The notes under the pieces are model-generated. The model saw nothing but the letters and a program-made list of their open reading frames with translations, did no database searches and had not been told where the DNA came from. A DNA stretch of 55,779 bases from Mesotaenium endlicherianum. Its lineage: Eukaryota. A program made the position numbers and the translations under genes. Positions 1-10,407 of the stretch are shown here, one piece after another. The stretch spans positions 1-55,779 of the forward strand of contig WELA01003159.1 in NCBI GenBank assembly GCA_009602735.1, given 5' to 3'. How positions within the stretch are numbered: position 1 is the stretch's first letter; every line of letters starts with the position of its first letter.

Positions 1-2667
1 GTCTGTCAGACACTACCCATACTGCATCGTGCCCTTGACCACTGACTGGTAATGATGTGATGAAGTCCATAGCAATCCGCTCCCAAGGGTACTCTGGAAT
101 AGGCAGGGGTCGCAATGTACCTCCCTTCTTTTGATTTGGTGTCTTGTTACGCTGGCACGCATCGCAACTCCTGATCCACTCCTCGATGTCCTTGTCCATA
201 TTTCNNNNNNNNNNNNNNNNNNNNNNNNNNNNNNNNNNNNNNNNNNNNNNNNNNNNNNNNNNNNNNNNNNNNNNNNNNNNNNNNNNNNNNNNNNNNNNNN
301 NNNNNNNNNNNNNNNNNNNNNNNNNNNNNNNNNNNNNNNNNNNNNNNNNNNNNNNNNNNNNNNNNNNNNNNNNNNNNNNNNNNNNNNNNNNNNNNNNNNN
401 NNNNNNNNNNNNNNNNNNNNNNNNNNNNNNNNNNNNNNNNNNNNNNNNNNNNNNNNNNNNNNNNNNNNNNNNNNNNNNNNNNNNNNNNNNNNNNNNNNNN
501 NNNNNNNNNNNNNNNNNNNNNNNNNNNNNNNNNNNNNNNNNNNNNNNNNNNNNNNNNNNNNNNNNNNNNNNNNNNNNNNNNNNNNNNNNNNNNNNNNNNN
601 NNNNNNNNNNNNNNNNNNNNNNNNNNNNNNNNNNNNNNNNNNNNNNNNNNNNNNNNNNNNNNNNNNNNNNNNNNNNNNNNNNNNNNNNNNNNNNNNNNNN
701 NNNNNNNNNNNNNNNNNNNNNNNNNNNNNNNNNNNNNNNNNNNNNNNNNNNNNNNNNNNNNNNNNNNNNNNNNNNNNNNNNNNNNNNNNNNNNNNNNNNN
801 NNNNNNNNNNNNNNNNNNNNNNNNNNNNNNNNNNNNNNNNNNNNNNNNNNNNNNNNNNNNNNNNNNNNNNNNNNNNNNNNNNNNNNNNNNNNNNNNNNNN
901 NNNNNNNNNNNNNNNNNNNNNNNNNNNNNNNNNNNNNNNNNNNNNNNNNNNNNNNNNNNNNNNNNNNNNNNNNNNNNNNNNNNNNNNNNNNNNNNNNNNN
1001 NNNNNNNNNNNNNNNNNNNNNNNNNNNNNNNNNNNNNNNNNNNNNNNNNNNNNNACCGGCCAATCTCTGACTGCTTGCACCTTCTTCTGCTCCACCTTGA
1101 CTCCTTCAGCTCCCACTATGTGTCCAAGAAACTCGACCTCCTTGATACAGAAGTCGCACTTGCTCATCTTCCCATACAGCTTCTGATCTCTCAAGACCTC
1201 CAACACCTTCCTCTGATGCTCCACATGCTCTTCCAAGGTCTTCGAATAGATCAGGATGTCGTCCAAAAATATCACCACAAACTGGTCCAAATAGGGTCTG
1301 AAGATACTATTCATGAGTCCCATAAATGTAGCAGGTGCATTGGTCAATCCAAAAGGCANAGGTACATTAGTCAATCCAAAAGGCATGACTGTGAACTCGA
1401 ACAACCCATAGCGAGTCCTGAAAGCAGTCTGCTGAACGTCTCCTTCCGCAATCCGTACCTGGTGATAGCCACTCTTCAAATCGATCTTCGAGAAATACTT
1501 CGCCCCGACAAGCCTGTCAATCAACTCGTCCACTCGTGGAAGTGGGTACTTGTTCTTGATGGTGACCTTGTTGAGTGCCCGGTAGTCGACACACATCCTC
1601 ATAGTCCCATCCTTCTTCTTCACAAATAAGACTGGCGCTGCAAATGGAGACTCGCTGGGTCGGATGAATCCCTTCTCCAATAACTCCGTCAGTTGCTTCT
1701 TTAACTCATCCAACTCCGCAAACGATTGTCGATAGGCGGGTCTCACTGGTGGCTTGCTCCCTGGTTCCAACTCAATCTTGTGCTCCATAGCTCTCTGTGG
1801 AGGTAATCCTGTAGGTAGTTCCTCAGGAAACACGCACTTGAACTCCTCCAACAGCGCCTTAATTTGGGCAGGCATCTCAGCAGGCTTCTTCTCTTGAGCA
1901 GTTGGGCTCTGCTCCTTCTGAGCAAGGGGATCAGACACCACTACTTGCTCCTCCGGCGATGTACATTCGCCCAGGCTGTTAGGATTCACGCTTGCTCCAT
2001 CTGATGACCTGGCCAGGGCCACCGAAACAAGGTACATCTCCTTCACCTGATTCGCCCTGCATAGCTTCTTAACTTGCAGGCTCGACAGAAGACAGTTACT
2101 TGTGGTCGTATCTACCTCCACCTGTTTCGCTGTCTCCATTCGACCATCACGCCCTTGGACTTTCACTTGTCCTGTGCTCCAGTGCACTTGAGGGTTGGCT
2201 TTCCTCAGCCATGGTCGGCCCAATATCACCTCATGGTGACCCAACTCTGCCTGCTCCATAACTTCCTTACTCCGGTGCCCCGCTACTTCCACGTGAATAG
2301 CTTCCGTAGGTGCACCACACTTGAGTCTCTGCCCATTTGCCAAAATTGCCTCCTTAGGCTCATAATGCTTCTGCACAGGGACTCGCCACTCTTTCACCAG
2401 CTTCTTGTGCACAAAGTTTGCACTTGCGCCACTGTCGACCATACACTTCGCATTGTTGCCGTCGACCACTCCTTCCACGATGATAGGCTTGTCAACGTCT
2501 CGTCCTTTGCTTCTCGGCAGGCTCCTGGGGATAACCTCCTTGTGAGTTCTCGTCTTCACGCCAGTAGACACCCCAGAACGACTTACTGGCGTCCTCCTTT
2601 TTCCTGCTGTTGAGGTTGCTTCGCCTTCACATGACAGTCTCGAGCCAGATGTCCAAGCTTGCCGCAA
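1..2667 (-). CDS. pol: Pol polyprotein of copy 1 (aspartic protease, reverse transcriptase, RNase H in the gap, start of integrase); partial
   Basis: Protease motif [13 protein letters not shown] motifs [38 protein letters not shown]. Bases 1-204 match the copy 2 integrase (CDACQRNK...MDFI). No stop codons in the readable part. Confidence 0.93.
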
Positions 2668-3614
2668 CTATAGCACGGTCCTCTCGGCTTGAAATTCTGC
2701 TGCCTGCGCTGGTACTGCACAAGTCCCAACTCCATGGGTACTGGACCTTGAACACTCGTGCTTGGCGCTTGAGATCCAAAGTGTCGATATCCTCCAAAGT
2801 TGTGGCTGCCCCACTGCCTCTGACTATACTCCACAGCGTCGACCCTTGTTGCCAATGCCATCATTTCTCCAAGACTGGTAGGGTCCTTGAGCGCCACTTC
2901 CTTGGCCACAGTTGGCTTGAGTCCCCTCTTGAACTTGTCCATCATCTCCGACTCGTGCATGGATGGACATTGAAGCACCAGCTCGTTGAAGCGCGATACA
3001 TACTCTTGAACGCTTCCTCGTTGACGAAGGCGCACCAATAGATCTCGAGCGGTAGCCTCGGGTGCAATAGGTTGAAATTGCCTCTTCAAGCCTTCAAATA
3101 GCTGATCAACAGTAGCAGGAACTCCAGACAGCTGCTCTTCTCGTTCATACCAAGCTCCAGCACTCTTCTGCAGCAAAGTTATGACAAAGGCGACTTGCCT
3201 GTCGGGCGTGAGCGCAGAATACTCCATAAACTTCTTCACTCCAAAAATCCATTGATGAACAGGCGGCGATCCACGCTCTCCAGTATAAACTTCAGGCTTA
3301 GGCGCACGCACTCCTGATGCGGGTGGAATAACTGGTTGCACCACTGGGTTAACATGAATCGGTGGTACAACAGGTGCAGGTGCCGAACTCGTCGAAGCGG
3401 CGTTCCCCATAACAACTCGCACCATTCTCTCCACCTCCGCGCGCATATTTTGTTGAAACTGGGTGTAGACTTCTCCTCCAATTGCATTTGCCATTTGCCT
3501 TAGCATCGCCTGCATCTCTTGTTGCTCTCTGGTCATTGTTGGTGCTGCCTGCTGCCCCGCGCGCTCAACATGCTCGACATGTTCGCCTCCTCCAGCTGCC
3601 GGCTGCGACTCCAT
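2583..3614 (-). CDS. gag: Gag protein of copy 1 (343 aa)
   Basis: Intact ORF with retrotransposon gag core ([14 protein letters not shown]...FKRGLKP), PVPMELG motif and CX2CX4HX4C knuckle [14 protein letters not shown]. Confidence 0.93.
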   Translation of the reverse strand: MESQPAAGGGEHVEHVERAGQQAAPTMTREQQEMQAMLRQMANAIGGEVYTQFQQNMRAEVERMVRVVMGNAASTSSAPAPVVPPIHVNPVVQPVIPPASGVRAPKPEVYTGERGSPPVHQWIFGVKKFMEYSALTPDRQVAFVITLLQKSAGAWYEREEQLSGVPATVDQLFEGLKRQFQPIAPEATARDLLVRLRQRGSVQEYVSRFNELVLQCPSMHESEMMDKFKRGLKPTVAKEVALKDPTSLGEMMALATRVDAVEYSQRQWGSHNFGGYRHFGSQAPSTSVQGPVPMELGLVQYQRRQQNFKPRGPCYSCGKLGHLARDCHVKAKQPQQQEKGGRQ

Positions 3615-3637
3615 AATATAATATGCAAACTAGCCCT

Positions 3638-3649
3638 GCTCCGATACCA
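3638..3649 (-). promoter_or_regulatory. Primer-binding site for initiator tRNA-Met, copy 1
   Basis: Minus strand TGGTATCGGAGC, 2 nt after the LTR end; plant iMet PBS consensus is TGGTATCAGAGC. Confidence 0.9.
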
Positions 3650-3651
3650 GA

Positions 3652-4395
3652 TGAAAGGGGCAGAGTGCCCTAGTGGAAGCGTAGTGACTCACGAGGAAAG
3701 GAACTAGTTGCCATCATACTAGAGAGTGCAGCGGCATATCACTAACAAAGCTTAGGAAAATTACTCAACATTTTGAGTAGCAGGAAACTGCTCACAAATG
3801 ATGTAGGATGAAAGGCCTTGTCATTACAAACCCGTAGAAATTTACAGAAGTGAAAACTGATAAGAAACAAAGAAGTTATGCCTATTTATAATTTTCTGCC
3901 TAAGTGCTCCTCCCTAGGAGGAAGCTACGGATTTTCCTAAGTGTTCGTCAAATCGTCCCTTCCAGAATATTCGTGAGTAAGCCAGATCAGTCTAATCTGA
4001 CGTGTCGGGCCGAATTGACGTCCACATACATGCATCGACATTACTAGAATATTCTATCTTAGACGCGCTAGGCTAAACCGAAACTTCTAGGTAAATCGAC
4101 CTAGTCGGCACTCCGCGTCAGCCGAACTTACGTGAAGGTTCGAGTTCATTCTAACGGGCCAGATCGCTCGACGCTGTCGGTCAATCCGACGGTCGCGCTC
4201 ACCGCAAATTAAGGACAGTCGTCAACCGACCTCAAAACTAATAAAACTTCGGAAATCCATAACTCTCTCAATACTTGACCAAATTCGATGAACTTTATAT
4301 CAAAATGACCACAAAAATGCACTCTACACAACTATACAATCCAAATATACTTTCATGAAACTCAAAAATGCACTTTCTAAACCTATGACCTTACA
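3652..4395 (-). repeat. LTR-A, 5' LTR of copy 1 (744 bp)
   Basis: Minus strand starts TGTAAGGTCATAG and ends CCCCTTTCA. Aligns with 4419-5148 and 9663-10407. TATAAATA at 3883-3890 (minus). Confidence 0.95.
3959..3973. promoter_or_regulatory. Perfect three-unit heat-shock element in LTR-A
   Basis: cTTCc-aGAAt-aTTCg, about 70 bp upstream of the LTR TATA box. Function is inferred. Confidence 0.6.
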
Positions 4396-4418
4396 TCGCA
4401 TCTTGAGGAGGGGGATGA
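4396..4418 (+). other. 23-bp spacer between LTR-A and LTR-B, which is the 3' internal end of an element including its polypurine tract
   Basis: TCGCATCTTGAGGAGGGGGATGA matches 9640-9662 (TCGGATCTTGAGGAGGGGGATGA) at 22 of 23 positions. Confidence 0.92.
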
Positions 4419-5148
4419 TGTAAGGTTATAGGTCTATAAAGTGCATTATTGAGTTTCATGAAAGTATATTTGGATTGTATAGTTGTGTAGAGTGCATTTT
4501 TGTGGTCATTTTGATATAAAGTTCATCGAATTTGGTCAAGTATTGAGAGAATTACGGATTTTCAAAGTGAAATTAATTTTGAGGTCGGTTAATTCGTGTT
4601 CAGCGCGACCGTCGGATTGACCGACAGCGTCGAGCGATGTGGCCCGTTAGTGGGAACTCCAACCTTCACGTAAGTTTGGCTGACGCGGAGTGCCGACTAG
4701 GTCGATTTACCTGGAAGTTTCGATTTGGCTTAGCGCGTCTAAGATAGAATATTCTAGTAATGTCGATGCATGTATGTGGACGTCAATTCGGCCCGACACG
4801 TCAGATTAGACTGATCTGGTTTACTCACAAATATTCTGGAAGGGACGATTTGACGAACACTTAGTAAAATCCGTAGCTTCCTCCTAGGAAGGAGCACTTA
4901 GGCAAAAAATTATAAATAGGCATAACTTCTTTGTTTCTCATCCGTTTTCAATCCTGTAAATTTCTACGGGTTTGTAATGGCAAGGCCTTTTATTCTACAT
5001 CATTTGTGAGCAGTTTCTTGCCACCCAAAATGTCAAGTACATTTCCTAAGCTTTCTTAGCAATATGTCGCTGCACTCTTGAGTATGATTGCAACTAGCTA
5101 TGTTCCTCGTGAGTCACTACGCTTCCAATAGGGCACTTCGCCCCTTTC
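4419..5148 (+). repeat. LTR-B, upstream LTR of copy 2
   Basis: Starts TGTAAGGTTATAG and ends CCCCTTTC, with 3 nt lost at the LTR/PBS junction relative to copy 1. TATAAATA at 4911-4918. Confidence 0.95.
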
Positions 5149-5160
5149 TGGTATCAAAGC
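5149..5160 (+). promoter_or_regulatory. Primer-binding site for initiator tRNA-Met, copy 2
   Basis: TGGTATCAAAGC directly after LTR-B. Confidence 0.9.
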
Positions 5161-5183
5161 AGGGCTAGTTTGCATATTATATT

Positions 5184-8100
5184 ATGGAGTCGCAGCCGAC
5201 AACTGGAGGAGGCGAACATGTCGAGCATATTGAGCGCGTGGAGCAGACGGCACCACCTTTGTCAAGGGAGCAACAAGAAGTGCAGGCGATGCTGAGGCAA
5301 ATGGCGAATGCAATTGGAGGATAAGTCTACATCCAGTTTCAACAAATTATGCGCGCAGAGGTGGAGAGAATGGTGCGAGTTGTTGTTGGGAATGCCGCTT
5401 CGACGAGTTCGGCACCTGCACCCGTTGTACCACCAATTCATGTTAACCCAGTGGTGCAACCAGTTATTCCACCCGCATCAAGAGTGCGTGCGCCTAAGCG
5501 TGAAATTTATGCTGGAGAGCGTGGATCGCCGCCTGTTCATCAGTGGATTTTTGGAGTGAAGAAGTTTATGGAGTATTCTGCGGTCACGCCCGACAGGCAA
5601 GTCGCCTTTGTCATAACTTTGCTGCAGAAGAGTGCTGGAGCTTGGTATGAGCGACAGGAGCAACCGTCTGGAGTTCCTGCTAGTGTTGATCAGCTATTTG
5701 AAGGCTTGAAGAGGCAATTTCAACCTATTGCACCCGAGGCTACCGCTCGAGATCTATTGGTGCGCCTTCGTCAGCGAGGAAGCGTTCAGGAGTATGTTTC
5801 GCGCTTCAACGAGCTGGTGCTTCAATGCCCATCCATGCACGAGTCAGAGATGATGGACAAGTTCAAGAGGGGACTCAAGCCAACTGTGGCCAAGGAAGTG
5901 GCGCTCAGGAACCCTACCAGCATCGGAGAAATGATGGCGTTGGCAACAAGGGTCGACGCTGTGGAATATAGTCAGAGGCAGTGGGGCAGCCACAACTTTG
6001 GAGGATATCGACACTTTGGAGCTCAAGCGCCAAGCACGAGTGGACAAAGCCTACTACTTATGGAGTTAGGACTTGTGCAGTACCAGCGCAGGCAGCAGAA
6101 TTTCAAGCCGAGAGGACCCTGCTATAATTGTGGCGAAGTTATCCCCAGGAGCCTGTCGAGAAGCGAAAGACGAGATGTTGACAAGCCTATTATCGTGGAA
6201 GGAGTGGTCGACGGCAACAAGGCGAAATGTATGGTCGACAGTGGCGCAAGTGCAAACTTTGTGCACAAGAAGCTGGTGAAAGAGTGGCGTATCCCTGTGC
6301 ACAAGCATTATGAGCCTAAGAAGGCAATTTTGGCGAATGGGCAGAGAATCAAGTGTGGTGCACCTACGGAAGCTATTCACGTGGAAGTAGCGGGGCACCA
6401 GAGTACTGAAGTTATGGAGCAGGCAGAGTTAGGTCACCATGAGGTGATATTGGGCCGACCATGGCTGAGAAAAGCCAACCCTCAAGTGCACTGGAGCACA
6501 GGACAAGTGAAAGTCCAAGGGCGTGATGGTCGAATGGAGACAGCGAAACAGGTGGAGGTAGATACGACCACAAGTAACTGTCTTCTGTCGAGCCTGCAAG
6601 TTAAGAAGCTATGCAGGGCGAATCAGGTGAAGGAGATGTACCTTGTTTCGGTGGCCCTGGCCAGGTCATCAGATGGAGCAAGCGTGAATCCTAACAGCCT
6701 GGGCGAATGTACATCGTCGGAGGAGCAAGTAGTGGTGTCTGATCCCCTTGCTCGGAAGGAGCAGAGCCCAACTGCTCAAGAGAAGAAGCCTGCTGAGATG
6801 CCTGCCCAAATTAAGGCGCTGTTGGAAGAGTTCAAGTGCGTGTTTCCTGAGGAACTACCTGCAGGATTACCTCCACAGAGAGCTATGGAGCACAAGATTG
6901 AGGTGGAACCAGGGAGCAAGCCACCAGTGTGACCCGCCTATCGACAATCGTTTGCGGAGTTGGATGAGTTGAAGAAGCAGCTGACAGAATTATTGGAGAA
7001 GGGATTCATCTGACCCAGCGAGTCTCCATTTGCAGCGCCAGTCTTATTTGTGAAGAAGAAGGATGGGACTATGAGGATGTGGGTCAACTACCGAGCTCTG
7101 AACAAGGTCACCATCAAGAACAAGTACCCACTTCCACGAGTGGACGAGTTGATTGACAGGCTTGTCGGGGCGAAGTATTTCTCGAAGATCGATTTGAGGA
7201 GTGGCTATCACCAGGTACGGATTGCGGAAGGAGACGTTCAGAAGACTGCTTTCAGAACTCGCTATGGTTTGTTCGAGTTCACAGTCATGCCTTTTGGATT
7301 GACTAATGCACCTGCTACATTTATGGGCCTCATGAATAGTATCTTCAGACCCTACTTGGACCAGTTTGTGGTGGTATTTTTGGACGACATCCTGATCTAT
7401 TCGAAGACCTTGAGAAAGGTGTTGGAGGTCTTCAGAGATCAAAAGCTATATGGGAAGATGAGCAAGTGCGACTTCTGTCTCAAGGACGTTGAGTTTCCTG
7501 GGCACATAGTGGGGGCTGAAGGAGTCAAGGTGGAGCAGAAGAAGGTGCAAGCAGTCAGAGATTGGCCAGTACCTGCTGATATTCATCAACTGAGGAGTTT
7601 CCTCGGCATGGCGAATTATTATCGACGTTTCATTGAAGGATTTGCCAAGGTGTGTGCACCGCTGACGGACATGTTGAAGAAGCAGGAGAAGTGGCTATGG
7701 GGTGACAAGGAGCAGCAAGCATTTGAGAAGATTAAGGAGCTGTTGACACAGGCACCTGTGTTGGCAATTGCAAGTCCAGAACTTCCTTTCACCATCATCA
7801 CGGACGCATCAAATTTCGCAGTGGGAGCCATTCTTCTCCAGGACCAGGGCAAAAGATTGCAACCTGTGGCAAATGAGAGCAGGAAGTTGAGTCCTGCTGA
7901 GCAAAACCATGCAGCACACGAGCGGGAGATGTTGGCTATTATCCAGGCTTTGAGGATTTGGCGATGTTTTGTGGACGGCCGGAAGGTGTTCATCAAGACC
8001 GACCACAAGAGCTTGGAGAAGTTTATGACGCAGCCAACGTTGACACCAAGACAAGCAAGGTGGATGGAGTTTCTGCAACAGTTCGACCACAAGATTGAGT

Positions 8101-9675
8101 ACTTACCTGGGAAGATCAACCCTGCAGACGCTTTATCCAGGAGGTGTGACCTTGCAGCTGTCTCAGTCATCAAGGAGAATATGGACTTCAAGGAGAAGCT
8201 TCAAAAAGGTTATGAGGAGGACCCACAGTTTGCTGATGGTGGAGCAGCGGAGTTCAACGCGAGTATGCAGAAGAAGGACGGCATATGGTATTATGGTGAT
8301 TCCAAGAGAGTGGTGGTACTTGACATCAAGGAGCTACGAGACTTACTACTTGCGGAGCATCATGATTGCTTATATGCTGGACACTTTGGAAGCGAGAAGA
8401 CGGCAAGCGTGCTGAAGCGAGAATACTATTGGAGAAATACGGACAAGGACATCGAGGAGTGGATCAGGAGTTGCGATGCGTGCCAGCGTAACAAGACACC
8501 AAATCAAAAGAAGGGAGGTACATTGCAGCCCCTGCCTATTCTAGAGTATCCTTGGGAGCTGATTGCTATGGACTTCATCACGTTGTTACCAGTGAGTGGT
8601 CAAGGGCACGATGCAGTTTGGGTTGTATCTGATAAACTCAACAAGATGGCTCACTTCATTTCCATGAAGGAGACTTGTACGGCAGCAGATGTGGCACGGC
8701 TATTCTTTGATCATATTTTCAGGCTACATGGGTTGCCGAAGGTGATTGTTTCAGATCGGGATCCAAGGTTTACTAGCAACTTCTGGCGGTCATTGTTTAC
8801 TTTGATGGGGACCAAGCTGAGTATGAGCACTTCCTATCATCCTCAGACAGACGGGCAGAGTGAGAGGCTCAACAGAACTCTGCAAGANGCAAGAGGTGCT
8901 AAGGAGTTTCACTATGGAGGACCCTTCAGAGTGGGACAAGAAGCTGCCAGGATTGGAGTTTGCCTACAACAACAGCATGCAGGGATCGACCAAGCAGTCA
9001 CCATTCGCTATGGTTTACGGAAGAGAAGTATATCATCCAGGGAACGTCTTGTTGGAGAAGGCCAAGAAGACTCAGGTTCCTACTACACAAGCTTTTATGG
9101 AGCAAATGGTCAACACTTGGGACATGGCAAAGACGTGTATTCGGAAGGCACGAGCAGAGCAGGTTAAGCATGCTAACAAGCACAGGAGGGAAGTGACATT
9201 CCATGTGGGTGACAAAGTACTCTTGTCAATAGAGAATCTACCTTTCACAGGCAAGAGGAAACTGCGGGCACGGTTTACAGGTCCCTTTGTGGTGCTCAAG
9301 CAGGTGAATCCAGTGACCTACAAGTTGGAGCTTCCTTCAGGCTGGCGTATCCATGATGTGTTCCATGTCAGTTGTTTGCGGCCATACGTTGACCCGAATG
9401 AAGGACCTCCAGGACGACTGCCTACACCGCCACCACCAGTCGAGATCGATGATGTATTGGAGTATGAAGTGGAGGCGATTGTCGGCGATCGACGAGTCAA
9501 GCGAGGTCAACGACTTGTTCAAGAGTATCTGGTCAAGTGGAAGGGCTACCATGCGGACGACAACACTTAGGAGCCGGAGGCCAACTTGACTCATTGTAAG
9601 AGTAAGTTGAGACGTTATCTGCAGAATGCGTCGAGGACGTCGGATCTTGAGGAGGGGGATGATGTAAGGTCATAG
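5184..9675 (+). pseudogene. Disrupted gag-pol of copy 2, ending in a chromodomain
   Basis: ATG at 5184. In-frame stops at 5322 (TAA), 6930 (TGA), 7011 (TGA) and 9568 (TAG). RT lacks 7 codons relative to copy 1 (KTLRKVL vs [14 protein letters not shown]). RNase H TDAS/ERE/TDH; integrase HHCC, D-D-E and GPF motifs; chromodomain EYEVEAIV...YLVKWKGY...T*EPEANL. Confidence 0.93.
9649..9659 (+). promoter_or_regulatory. Polypurine tract of copy 2
   Basis: GAGGAGGGGGA, 3 nt before the 3' LTR. Confidence 0.9.
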
Positions 9676-10407
9676 ATTTATAAAGTGCATTTTTGAGTTT
9701 CATGAAAGTATATTTTGATTGTATAGTAGTATAGAATGCATTTTTGTGATCATTGTGATATAAAGTTCATCAAATTTGGTCAAGTATTGAGAGAGTTATG
9801 GATTTCCGAAGTTTAATTAGTTTTGAGGTCGGTTGACGACTGTCCTTAATTCGCGGTGAGCGCGACCGTCGGATTGACCGACAGCGTCGAGCGATCTGGC
9901 CCGTTAGTGGGAACTCGAACCTTCATGTAAGTTCGGCTGAAGCGGAGTGCCGACTAGGTCGATTTACCTGGAAGTTTCGATTTAGCCTAGCGCGTCTAAG
10001 ATAGAATATTCTAGTAATGTCGATGCATGTATGTGGACGTCAATTCGGCCCGACACGTCAGATTAGACTGGTCTGGCTTACTCACGAATATTCTGGAAGA
10101 AGGGATTTGACGAACACTTAGGAAAATCCGTAGCTTCCTCCTAGGGTGGAGCACTTAGGCAGAAAATTATAAATAGGCATAACTTCTTTGTTTCTCATCA
10201 GTTTCTCACTTCTGTAAATTTCTACGAGTTTGTAATGGCAAAGTCTTCCATTCTACATCATTTGTGAGCAATTTCTTGCCACTCAAAATGTCAAGTAAAT
10301 TTCCTAAGCTTTCTTAGCAATATGCCGCTGCACTCTTGAGTATGATTGCAACTAGCTATGTTCCTCGTGATTCACTACGCTTCCACTAGGGCACTCTGCC
10401 CCTTTCA
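9663..10407 (+). repeat. LTR-C, 3' LTR of copy 2
   Basis: TGTAAGGTCATAG...CCCCTTTCA; TATAAATA at 10168-10175; followed by flank ATACC. Confidence 0.95.
10085..10099. promoter_or_regulatory. Perfect three-unit heat-shock element in LTR-C
   Basis: cGAAt-aTTCt-gGAAg, about 70 bp upstream of TATAAATA. Function is inferred. Confidence 0.6.

Larger units (their letters stand above)
1..4395 (-). mobile_element. Ty3/gypsy LTR retrotransposon, copy 1; partial, its 3' end runs off the left edge of the window
   Basis: On the minus strand: LTR (TG...CA), tRNA-iMet PBS, gag, then protease-RT-(gap)-integrase in gypsy order. Near-identical to copy 2 on the opposite strand. Confidence 0.96.
4419..10407 (+). 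mobile_element. Ty3/gypsy chromovirus LTR retrotransposon, copy 2; full structure but defective
   Basis: LTR-PBS-gag-PR-RT-RH-IN-chromodomain-PPT-LTR, with several premature stop codons. Confidence 0.97.

Noticed and set aside
13..1186. Long ORFs and a frame change across the first N gap
   Set aside because: The gap has 850 Ns, while the matching stretch in copy 2 is about 863 nt. The gap size is an estimate, so frames across it mean nothing. The same applies to X-filled ORFs at the other gaps.
1335..1385. Apparent duplication in the RT of copy 1 ([17 protein letters not shown])
   Set aside because: The duplicated sequence flanks a single N at 1359, the signature of an unmerged contig overlap.
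8880..8896. Apparent frameshift in the copy 2 integrase
   Set aside because: GCAAGA is repeated either side of a single N at 8888. Merging gives LQEVLRSF in frame, so it is an assembly artefact.
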